Shown here: in pieces, positions 39,096 through 48,500 of the stretch | How positions within the stretch are numbered: position 1 is the stretch's first letter | Layout: each line of letters opens with the position of its first letter | DNA from: Bacteroidia bacterium | Lineage (GTDB): Bacteria > Bacteroidota > Bacteroidia > M30B66 | Length of the DNA: 64,000 nucleotides | Direction: 5' to 3' | Assembly (NCBI GenBank): GCA_965279035.1 | Contig: OZ257142.1 | Location: forward strand, 3,872,001-3,936,000 | Notes under the pieces: generated by a model | What the model was told of the DNA's origin: nothing | The model's database searches: none | The model's input: the letters and a program-made list of their open reading frames with translations, nothing else | Program-made: the position numbers and the translations under genes

Positions 39096-40076
39096 ATGAA
39101 GAAGAACTTTATTGGCATTGATGTGTCAAAATTAACGCTGGATGTTTATTTACATAATCAATCTCAGCACAACGTCTTTAGCAATGATATCGATGGTTAT
39201 ACACTGATGCTTGCTTGGTTAAAGCAGTTGAAAGTGAGTGTAAAATCGATGGCCATTTGCTTTGAGCATACGGGTATTTATAGCGAGGATTTATCTGTGT
39301 TTTTGAGTGAAAAGAAGATCTGTTTTTACATGGAATCCTCCTTAAACATTAAGTATTCTATTGGACTTCAGCGAGGCAAAAATGATAAGATAGACTCCCA
39401 AAGAATCGCAAATTTCATTGCATTACATGCAGAACAGCTTAGCCCAACGGTACTATCAAAGAGTGCTGTAGCGCAGCTGAGAAAGCTCTTGAGTATGCGT
39501 TCGCATCTGGAAAAAGAGAAGATAGGCATCAAAAACAGACTTAAGAACTCATCAAAAACCACTGGTGTAGATATAGTTTTTCAAATCGAAACGGATCTGT
39601 TAAAGACCTTTAACGATAAACTTAAACTGGTAGAAGAGGAAATCAAATCATTGATAAAGTCAGATGATAATCTTCGTCAAATCGACGAATTAGTTCAATC
39701 TATAAAAGGAGTTGGACCAGTGTCGAGTTGGTATTTAATCGCCACAACAAATGGCTTTGAATACTTCGACAATGCTCGTCAATATGCATGTTATAGTGGA
39801 ATAGCTCCATTCGAAAAATCATCAGGAACATCCATAAAAGGGAAAACACAAACCGATAGAAGATCAAATCGAAAAATCAATGGAGTATTAACAATGGCGG
39901 CGCGTTCGGCAGTATTAAATAACACCGAAATGAGAGAATATATGGAGCGTAAAATCCAGGAAGGAAAACATTATAATTGTGCACTCAATGCAGTCAAAAA
40001 CAAACTTGTATCAAGAGTATTTGCTGTCGTAAAAAGAAAAACACCCTATGTTGATCTAAAAAAATACGCTGCATAG
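39096..40076 (+). CDS. IS110-family DEDD recombinase/transposase
   Basis: IGIDVSK, EHTG and KNDKIDS (DEDD), SIKGVG, catalytic-serine motif GIAPFEKSSG; intact 326 aa. Confidence 0.96.
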   Translation: MKKNFIGIDVSKLTLDVYLHNQSQHNVFSNDIDGYTLMLAWLKQLKVSVKSMAICFEHTGIYSEDLSVFLSEKKICFYMESSLNIKYSIGLQRGKNDKIDSQRIANFIALHAEQLSPTVLSKSAVAQLRKLLSMRSHLEKEKIGIKNRLKNSSKTTGVDIVFQIETDLLKTFNDKLKLVEEEIKSLIKSDDNLRQIDELVQSIKGVGPVSSWYLIATTNGFEYFDNARQYACYSGIAPFEKSSGTSIKGKTQTDRRSNRKINGVLTMAARSAVLNNTEMREYMERKIQEGKHYNCALNAVKNKLVSRVFAVVKRKTPYVDLKKYAA

Positions 40077-40098
40077 ACTTGCATAAGTCCTAGAATAC

Positions 40099-40185
40099 AC
40101 ACCATCACATCAACTAATAAGCACATCTTCTAATAAGCACATCAGCTCATCAACTATCCGATAGCTATCGGATCAGCACACTAGC
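40099..40185. repeat. Complementary octamer array, part right of IS110, with embedded 18-bp palindrome
   Basis: TAAGCACA, TCAGCTCA and TCAGCACA units; ATCCGATAGCTATCGGAT at 40156-40173. Confidence 0.7.
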
Positions 40186-41626
40186 TAATTTTCAAACACA
40201 CATTCTTCGCCTCCGTAAAAAATCGCAAGGCTTCCCATCCGCCTTCGCGCCCTACTCCACTCTGTTTTACGCCGCCAAAGGGTGTTCTTAAATCACGCAA
40301 CATCCAACAGTTTACCCAAACAATTCCAGTTTTTAATTGTGATGCGATTCGATGTGCTCGAGTAACATGATTTGTCCAAACCGAAAAGGCAAGTCCATAC
40401 GATGTGCTATTGGCAAATTCAACGGCTTCTTCTTCGGAGTCAAATGGCATCAAAGTGACAACCGGACCAAAAATTTCTTCTTGATTGCAACGGGCTTGAG
40501 CATTTAATCCTTCAATGACAGTTGGTTCTATAAAAAACCCAGATGCATTTTCACCTTCCGGATAAATTCGATTTCCTCCACTTAAAATACTTCCGCCTTC
40601 ATCACGAGCCAGCTGAATATAGGATAGTACTTTTTCCATGTGTTGTTCTGATACGACCGATCCCATATCAGATTGAGCATCCATTGGATTTCCTACACGT
40701 AATTGCTTTACTCTTTCTATAAATGCGACTTTAAATTGAGTGTAAATACTTCGTTCAATCAAAATGCGCGATCCACACAAACATATCTGTCCTTGGTTCG
40801 AAAATGCAGCTCTTACAGCTTCCTTTACGGTATGTTCGAAATCGCAATCTGCAAATATCAAGGTGGCATTTTTACCTCCTAATTCAAGTGATAGTTTTTT
40901 AAACTGAGGTGCAGCAACGCGCGCTATTTCGGCACCTGTGCGGGTTCCACCTGTAAACGAAATGGCTAAAACATCTGGATGAGCTACCATCGCAGCACCG
41001 ACATCCGGTCCTAAACCATGCAACACATTGAGTACTCCTGCCGGAAATCCTGCTTCAATGCACAGTTTTGAAAATAAATAGGCTGTCATCGGTGTAATTT
41101 CCGAAGGCTTTGCAACTACTGTATTTCCGCTTGCTAATGCCGGTGCAATCTTCCAAGTAAATAAATACAATGGTAAATTCCAGGGCGAAATGCATGCTAC
41201 AACACCAAAAGCTTGACGAAGTGTATAATTGATTGCAACATCATCGGTCGCATGCGCTTCGGTACTTGTGTGTAAAATAGCCGTAGCAAAAAACCGAATG
41301 TTGGCTATTGCTCTAGGAATATCAACACTTCTGGCTACATGCAAAGGCTTTCCAGAATCAATGCTTTCGGCTAATGCCAAGGCTTCAAGATCACGCTCCA
41401 TGAGATTTGCTAGATGAATCATGTTCAGCGAGCGTTGATTCGCTTTAAGTGAGGACCAAGATGGATAAGCCAGTTTTGCTGCTTTAATAGCTTCATTCAC
41501 ATCCTCCACATTAGAAGCCGGTAGTTGACTATATACTTTTCCTGTAGCTGGATTAGTATTGTTGAGCCAGTTTGAATGTTGGGGCTCACAAAGTTTTCCT
41601 TGGATATAATTGAGAATTTGAAGCAT
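40181..41626 (-). CDS. Aldehyde dehydrogenase, 2-aminomuconate/2-hydroxymuconate semialdehyde dehydrogenase-like
   Basis: ISPWNLPLYLFTWK, SFTGGT, LELGGKN, NQGQICLCGSR, EEIFGPV and RDLRTPFGG. Confidence 0.88.
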   Translation of the reverse strand: MLQILNYIQGKLCEPQHSNWLNNTNPATGKVYSQLPASNVEDVNEAIKAAKLAYPSWSSLKANQRSLNMIHLANLMERDLEALALAESIDSGKPLHVARSVDIPRAIANIRFFATAILHTSTEAHATDDVAINYTLRQAFGVVACISPWNLPLYLFTWKIAPALASGNTVVAKPSEITPMTAYLFSKLCIEAGFPAGVLNVLHGLGPDVGAAMVAHPDVLAISFTGGTRTGAEIARVAAPQFKKLSLELGGKNATLIFADCDFEHTVKEAVRAAFSNQGQICLCGSRILIERSIYTQFKVAFIERVKQLRVGNPMDAQSDMGSVVSEQHMEKVLSYIQLARDEGGSILSGGNRIYPEGENASGFFIEPTVIEGLNAQARCNQEEIFGPVVTLMPFDSEEEAVEFANSTSYGLAFSVWTNHVTRAHRIASQLKTGIVWVNCWMLRDLRTPFGGVKQSGVGREGGWEALRFFTEAKNVCLKIS

Positions 41627-41682
41627 TGAATTTCAAAATTGAAGGGCTAAATTACAAATTCAAATCAGCAGAAAGGTTTCTC

Positions 41683-42768
41683 TTAAATCAAGAAACTTCT
41701 GCTTTTCCATTCAGAAGGCCATAAGAGTTTGGTGAAAGGAATAATCACTAGGAGAATTGGATAAAGCATTCTGAAAATTGGCCAAAAAACCCAAACAAAA
41801 TTTCCTCCCGAACTGTGAATAACTTCCCGAATGAGAAACATTTCTGGAATGATCATGAATCCATAAGCTGGACCTATAACCCAAATTCCAATTGGAAATA
41901 ATACCAGCCAAACTAGCAATAAAACAGCATGCACTTGCTGATTTAAATTACTTAAATGGCTTGTTTTAGAAGCCCATCGTCGACGTTGAACAAACCATTC
42001 TTTCCAGCCAGAAACAGAGTGAGTATGAACCAAATTTCCTTTTCCATAGACAAATCGAATGCTTTGTGATGATACCTGTTGAAACGATCTCATCAACAAA
42101 ACATCATCACCCGAAGCTTTACTTTCATGCGCAGAATAGCCACCAACGTGCTCCCATTGTTTTTTATTGATCAACAAATTAGCACCGCTACTCATCAAAG
42201 CATTTCCATTTCCCGCCGATGCCATGCTGATAGTTTGAAGACATCTGTTTTCGGCATGTTCAAGTATTGATGAGAAATTTAAGGATTTCGTTTCTGTAAT
42301 AACCATCCCAATACCCATGGAAATATCAGTCAAACAATGCTTCCTCCATGTATCAATAAAATCAGCATCGAACCAACAATCAGCATCAGTCGTTACAATC
42401 CAGTTATTTTGTGATTCCAGAATTCCCTTTTTAAGCGCTGCTTTTTTAGAACCACCCGATGCAGGATTCAATTTCAACACCCGAATTTCCTTTCTCATCG
42501 AACCAAACGCGACTAAGCCATTATCGCTTGAAAAATCATCCACAAGAATTACTTCGTCGCCTTCTATTAAGTGAAGTTTTTCCAAAGATTCTATTAATGG
42601 TTTTATTCGGTGCTCTTCATTTCGGAAAGGAATAATGAGGCTAATAGGTTGATTTGTATCTGAATGTTCTTGACTACTAATCGAGGATTTTCTTATTCCG
42701 TTTAACAGCCAGATTAGCAGGTAAAACGGAATAACTAAAAAAAGAAAGATGCCGAGTGAAGAAATCAT
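41683..42768 (-). CDS. Family 2 glycosyltransferase
   Basis: IIPFRNE, VDDFSSD, TTDADC, SGDD, QRRRW and C-terminal TM helices. Confidence 0.9.
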   Translation of the reverse strand: MISSLGIFLFLVIPFYLLIWLLNGIRKSSISSQEHSDTNQPISLIIPFRNEEHRIKPLIESLEKLHLIEGDEVILVDDFSSDNGLVAFGSMRKEIRVLKLNPASGGSKKAALKKGILESQNNWIVTTDADCWFDADFIDTWRKHCLTDISMGIGMVITETKSLNFSSILEHAENRCLQTISMASAGNGNALMSSGANLLINKKQWEHVGGYSAHESKASGDDVLLMRSFQQVSSQSIRFVYGKGNLVHTHSVSGWKEWFVQRRRWASKTSHLSNLNQQVHAVLLLVWLVLFPIGIWVIGPAYGFMIIPEMFLIREVIHSSGGNFVWVFWPIFRMLYPILLVIIPFTKLLWPSEWKSRSFLI

Positions 42769-42810
42769 CTTTCTAAAAATAGGTCTTTTCCTTTGTACCT
42801 TGCCCCAAGC

Positions 42811-43416
42811 ATGATAAAAGATAAGGTCATATTAGGCATTGATCCAGGGACAAATGTGATGGGTTATGGAGTAATTCACATTCAAGGACGAACTGTAAAA
42901 CTACTGCATTTAGGAACGCTTCATATGGAAAAGCAAAGCGATCATGGAACAAAGCTCAAGATGATATTCGAGTGTGTGTTGAATTTAATTGAAACCTATT
43001 CGCCCGATGAAGTTGCTGCGGAGGCTCCTTTCTTCGGAAAAAATGTTCAGTCGATGCTTAAATTAGGAAGGGCTCAAGGAGTTGCATTTGCTGCGGCTTT
43101 GCATAAGAATCTTCCAATTTTCGAATATTCGCCTCGTAAAATAAAGCAAAGCATCACAGGAAAAGGAGCTGCTTCGAAAGAACAAGTTTCGGCTATTTTG
43201 CAAAATATCTTGAAGATTGAAGATAAAGACATGCCCAAATACCTCGATGCTACAGATGGTTTAGCGGCTGCGATGTGTCATTATTTTCAACATGGTCCAA
43301 TTGGAAATGGTCCCGAAAATACTTTGTCAAAAGCCAAATCGAAACAAAAGGGAAGCAGCAAAAGTGTTTCTGGTTGGAAAGCTTTTGTGACTCAAAATCC
43401 CGATCGTGTAAAGTAA
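42811..43416 (+). CDS. ruvC: Holliday junction resolvase RuvC
   Basis: ILGIDPG, E.PFFGKN, LGRAQG, GKGAASKEQV and DATDGLA. Confidence 0.96.
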   Translation: MIKDKVILGIDPGTNVMGYGVIHIQGRTVKLLHLGTLHMEKQSDHGTKLKMIFECVLNLIETYSPDEVAAEAPFFGKNVQSMLKLGRAQGVAFAAALHKNLPIFEYSPRKIKQSITGKGAASKEQVSAILQNILKIEDKDMPKYLDATDGLAAAMCHYFQHGPIGNGPENTLSKAKSKQKGSSKSVSGWKAFVTQNPDRVK

Positions 43417-43419
43417 AAA

Positions 43420-43812
43420 TCAGAATGCAGCGACAATCCGATTCTGAATCGAAACCAATTGTTCTTTGCTTAATTGCAATTTTGGACGAGTAAAATTGAT
43501 ATCGCCTACTTCATTGATTGGTACAAGGTGAATATGTGCATGCGGCACTTCCAAACCAATGACAGCAACACCCACTTTTCTACACGGAATCGCCTTCTCA
43601 ATCGCTTTGGCTACCTCTTGAGAAAATCCAAAGAGTGACTGAAGTAATGATGGTTCGAGATCAAAGAGATTATCTATTTCCTGCTTAGGGATAACTAATA
43701 CGTGACCTTCAACCAAAGGGAACACATCTAAAAAAGCAAGAAACTGTTCTGTCTCCGCAATTTTATAAGCTGGAATTTCCCCTTGAATAATCCGAGTAAA
43801 TAGACTAGGCAT
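43420..43812 (-). CDS. HIT family hydrolase
   Basis: GHVLVIPK and histidine triad VPHAHIHLVP. Confidence 0.93.
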   Translation of the reverse strand: MPSLFTRIIQGEIPAYKIAETEQFLAFLDVFPLVEGHVLVIPKQEIDNLFDLEPSLLQSLFGFSQEVAKAIEKAIPCRKVGVAVIGLEVPHAHIHLVPINEVGDINFTRPKLQLSKEQLVSIQNRIVAAF

Positions 43813-43813
43813 A

Positions 43814-44287
43814 TTAGCGTCCTATTTCCAGCACTTCTAATTTCACTTGACCATTCGGAACCGTTGCTTCTACAATATCTCCTACTTTTTTTCCAAGCAA
43901 TGCTTTCGCAATAGGTGAGCTCACTGAAATTTTTCCAGATTTCATGTCAGCTTCATTTTCAGCTACCAATGTGTAAGTCATCACAGCGTTATTCACTGTA
44001 TTTTTAATTTTCACACGAGAAAGTATAAGCACTTTGGAAGAATCAAGTTTGGATTCATCAATGACACGAGCGTTGGAAAGAATTTCTTCCATTTTAGCTA
44101 TTTTCATCTCAAGCAATCCCTGAGCTTCTTTTGCAGCATCGTATTCGGCATTTTCCGATAGATCTCCTTTATCACGAGCTTCAGCAATCTGAGCAGAAAT
44201 AGAAGGACGCTCAACATGACGCAAATGATCAATCTCTGCATGGAGTTTCTTAAGTCCTTCTTCTGTTAAATAGGTAATTGTAGACAT
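43814..44287 (-). CDS. greA: Transcription elongation factor GreA
   Basis: EARDKGDLSENAEYDAAKE and ISVSSPIAKALLGK. Confidence 0.97.
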   Translation of the reverse strand: MSTITYLTEEGLKKLHAEIDHLRHVERPSISAQIAEARDKGDLSENAEYDAAKEAQGLLEMKIAKMEEILSNARVIDESKLDSSKVLILSRVKIKNTVNNAVMTYTLVAENEADMKSGKISVSSPIAKALLGKKVGDIVEATVPNGQVKLEVLEIGR

Positions 44288-44304
44288 GATCAATGTATTA
44301 AAGA

Positions 44305-44347
44305 CAATAAAACGGAAAGACTCTTCGTGCTGAAGAGTCTTTCCGTT
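44305..44347 (-). terminator. Strong intrinsic terminator between the PorV-like gene and greA
   Basis: Perfect 16-bp stem 44311-44326/44332-44347, 5-nt loop, T-rich tail on the minus strand. Confidence 0.8.
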
Positions 44348-44393
44348 ACGCAGCTAAAGTAACAAAGCTGCCGAATAAATGCAAGTAAGATTA

Positions 44394-45473
44394 TTAGAGA
44401 TTTATGCGAGCTCCAATAGAGTGAACTCCAGCAAATGGATTTGTTGTGCGGTATGAATAATCTAACGCGAAGGTTGTCCCTTTTTTATTCAATGGAGCTT
44501 CAATGGTAAATCCAGCTGTTGGTCCAGTTAAAGCACTAGTACGCCCTTGAGTTGAGTATCCTGTACTTGCTGTTGCAGCAGCACCTCCATTTACTTCGAG
44601 CATATATCCAGCACGAACCATGAAAATTTTATTGAAGGAATATTCGGCACCACCTTGAAACTGATCACGAGAAAAAGAATTCGAACAGAAATTCATTGCA
44701 ATGCTCACTTTGTGTTTTTCTGCTACATCGATAATGTATGCACCACCAATATTCAACATCGAAGGCATTTCGAAGGCTTCGTTACGTTGCTCAACGGTCA
44801 TAGTTGAACCTGTTGCAGCAACAGTTCCTTTGAAAGAAAGTCCATCACCATTAAACTTCATACGAGGACCAACATTACGTAAAGAAATACCAAAACGGAT
44901 ATTTTCTTTTTTTCCAGCAATGTATTGAACTCCTGCATCTAAGCAAATTCCAGATGAACGAACATCCGAAATACTTTGTGAAACAGTTCGTACTACGATT
45001 CCTCCATAAATACTATTGGAGAATTCTTTTGCGAATGACAAACCGATATTGGTAAAAGTTGGTGAAAACGTACCAATGTTTCCTTCAGGTTGATCAACTG
45101 TAGTTATTGGAAGATCTCCAAAATTCATCGACATAACACTCAAGCCGATGGTGCTTGTTTTGTCTTTCCCAATTCCTTGAGTAATCCCAAAAGCATTGAT
45201 TCCGATGCCAGCTCCTCCTAACCAATTGGTATGAGAAAATACAACTTCTGTTTTCTTAGTAAAAGCCGTTCCTGCAACATTGAGGAATTGAGCTTCTAGT
45301 CCGCGAACCATCGATGTATTAGCACCTGCCCATCCGGAACTACGTGCAAATGGATTAATCAACAACTCTGTTGAACCTGCTTGGCCAATCCGGTCTTCAT
45401 TACCGGCAAACCCTGATGCAACTCCAGTAAATAAAGCTGCAAATAATATAAGTGAACTATAGCACTGCTTCAT
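44394..45473 (-). CDS. PorV/PorQ-family outer-membrane beta-barrel
   Basis: Signal peptide, G..ELLINP.AR..G.AG, SHT.W, D.G.QY, G.SLRNVG, DYSY and terminal strand HSIGARINL. Confidence 0.8.
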   Translation of the reverse strand: MKQCYSSLILFAALFTGVASGFAGNEDRIGQAGSTELLINPFARSSGWAGANTSMVRGLEAQFLNVAGTAFTKKTEVVFSHTNWLGGAGIGINAFGITQGIGKDKTSTIGLSVMSMNFGDLPITTVDQPEGNIGTFSPTFTNIGLSFAKEFSNSIYGGIVVRTVSQSISDVRSSGICLDAGVQYIAGKKENIRFGISLRNVGPRMKFNGDGLSFKGTVAATGSTMTVEQRNEAFEMPSMLNIGGAYIIDVAEKHKVSIAMNFCSNSFSRDQFQGGAEYSFNKIFMVRAGYMLEVNGGAAATASTGYSTQGRTSALTGPTAGFTIEAPLNKKGTTFALDYSYRTTNPFAGVHSIGARINL

Positions 45474-45506
45474 GTTCGTTCTTTTTTTGAGGTTGATGGG
45501 TTCCGA

Positions 45507-48500
45507 TTAGAATGTATCAAGGTCGATCGGACGCAACACACCGAAGAATTTCACTATTTTCTCACCTACATCAGGCACATTGACATGGATGATATATATA
45601 CCGCTTGAAATTGTAATGTTTGCCTGATTTTTCAAATCCCAATCAAGCGAAGTGGATGGATCTGCTTTGTTGTATGTACGCACCAACACTCCACTTGTCG
45701 TGTAAATTTTGATAGTACATTCAGCAGGTAAATTCGTGATCTTAACACGGTTATCTAGCTGATTTTTCTCATATCCAGAATAAGCGTAATATGGATTCGG
45801 AACTACATTGATCAGATCCAAAGCCGATTTTGCTGTTTCTAAATTTCCACGTCGTGCAAATAAATCGGAAGTACCAAATGTGTAAAATGGATTGTTCCCA
45901 TTCACTGCTGTAGTAGATGAATCAGTGGCATTGTATCCTTTAGAATAAGGACGATTTACACGAATTCGAACTTTCAAATCGCATGATAAAAATGGTTTGT
46001 TATCCACTCCAATTGGAACGCCTACCCAAGCTGCATCTTTGTAAACAGCACGTTTATTTGCAGCTGTTGGATCGCTCAATTTTGTACGGATAAATTCTCC
46101 TTTATCATAACGAGGCATATCCGAAGCTGTATTTCCAGAATGATTGAAAATGTAGATGAAATGCTTACCTCCCAATACATTCAACAAAGAACCATTGTCG
46201 TATAAAATAGTGCGTGAAGAAGGATTGAACTTCATATCGCGCCCATTGTCTTGAGCTAAACGAGAAGATTCTCCAAAGCCCATATTCAAACGTTCTCCTG
46301 TTTCAACATTAATCGCATATCCAGGAAACCAACTCATTCCGGTTCCATCACCATCTGGATTTCCTTCTTTATCTACAGATGGCGCACCACGTAGATTTCC
46401 TTTTTCGGCATTTCCTTGTGCAAAATCAGGATCATCACCGGTTTCAAATACAGGACAACGTGTCCATTTTGATTTATCAGCTGTGAATACAACATCAACA
46501 CTTGAAATACGCTTTACATTTCCTACAATTTGAATTGTTGCAGAAGTATTAAATGCTGGTCCATCGTTATAACGAGATACAAGCATGTAAGGCGCCCAAG
46601 TACCACCATTTACTTTTTCATAAATAGATTGTGGGTCAATACCTAAAACATCATTACACGTTACATCTGCTCCAGTACCTGTATTTTCTAATGTACCTGA
46701 ACGTATCCAGTTAGCAGCATTTGTACAACCTTCTTCATCAGATAAGAAAGTTAACCAACGAGTAGAATTATCTGAAAATTCCTGAGTAGCAGTGATAAAA
46801 CCATTCCCATCAGTAGGGTTAGCCCCAGGTTCAAGAACTTGTTTTACGATTGCCGAAAATCCCCATTCAACAATTACTTCTTCGGCACCTTTACCAATTT
46901 CATTTTTTGAAACATACTCACTGAGTTGTCCTGATTCTGCATTCAAATATTTCAAGGACCAATGAGAATTATCAATAGAATCCACATCAAGAATTTTAAA
47001 TTCAAATTGCCCTTCAGGAATAGATAGTGGATCTACAACTTTAATAGCAACAGGACCTGCATTCTTTTTATAGACTGGATTTTTAGCCCAGAATGGTTCA
47101 GCTAAGATTTCTGCAATCGATTCATCCGAAAGATCAACTTCATTTCCTCCATTACCCCAACCTTCCATTCGGGTTAATGCTGGCTCATCTCCAAATGCGG
47201 CTTGAACATCAACTCCTCCAAATTGAGGAGAATTAATGTGTGGAATACCCGTATAAATTTGAATAGCTGCCATTCCATAAGTACGACGACCTGCTAGATA
47301 AGCTTGTCCAAATGTTTCGTCTGCAATATTGTCGGAAGTAGCATAAGACAATACCATATAATAGTATTTCTTATGGTTAATCAATTTGTTATCTCCCGTT
47401 GCAAAAAGGTCAGTAGTTATATTAAAACTGTTTACGAGCCCTTTATTTGGTCCATCCGCTTTCAATACAGGAATACTTGCATTCAAATCCAAATCAAAAT
47501 TCCGGTTGATTACTTTCGTTATATTATCTTTTATATCAACTTGAGTAACCAGACGCGCTCTGTTCACATCACCTAAATCGGGAACAGTTACCGTATTGTC
47601 TTTTAATTGATAGATCTGATATCCTTGGAAAGCATATTTCACATCACCAAATCCAGGGATACTAGTTTGATCTAAGTAATATTCAACTTTATCGTTGTTA
47701 GTATTTTGAAATAAGAGAACTAACTCTCTGTTCAATTCTACCACTTTGGTTTGAGGAGCATCCGGACCATTGATAATAGAAAAACAATTATCGAATAAGG
47801 CTTGAGCATCATCATCCACACGACGCATTACTTCAACTGAAGCTAAACGACCACCTGAAGAAGCTCTCCCCCAAACAACACCCATTGTAATCTTATTAAA
47901 ACCACCCGATTGAAGGGTGAATGGACCTGCCGATTGAAGAATTCGGAAGTCGGAAGGAGGTACAGCACCAAATTGGTCAATTGACCAGTTACCAAGTGGT
48001 TGATCTTCAGGAACGCATGTTTGAGATGCACCTGTAATCATATACCCATAACCACGTGGATCGGTATTTCCAGGGAACATGTAACTGTAATTTGTACCAG
48101 CACCATATCCGTTTCCTCCATATATCATCGGAGTTCCATCTTTCCAAATACCACGTAGGTAGTTGTAAATATGTTGTCCATTGTCTGGATCATTTGCATA
48201 GCTAGGTCCTGTAGAAGTATAGTAAATGAAACGAGCCATACCAATACGCTCATTATCCACAATACTATCACCATATCCTAGTCCATTCGCAGCGCGAGGA
48301 TTGATACAAGGATCGCCAGAATCATCTAAATTATTAGGATCAGCAAAAGGTCCCTCGAAGAAATCCACCCCTACTGCAGGAGGATTTTCGCCATAGCCTT
48401 TTACAGTTTCATCAAGTTCATCTCCATTATATACGTACCCTAAACCACGACCAACATCGCAACCAGCATAGTCATCCGCATAATAACCCAAATCGGGGTC

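Larger units (their letters stand above)
38885..40098 (+). mobile_element. IS110-family element with long 5' non-coding end
   Basis: No terminal IRs; removing it restores CTAATCAGCACACCATCACATC, in register with the octamer repeats; ends also match internal guide segments. Confidence 0.88.

Noticed and set aside
38888-40083. TAGACTTGCA direct repeat as IS110 target-site duplication or boundary
   Set aside because: The right copy overlaps the transposase stop codon; guide matches and restoration of the octamer register place both copies inside the element
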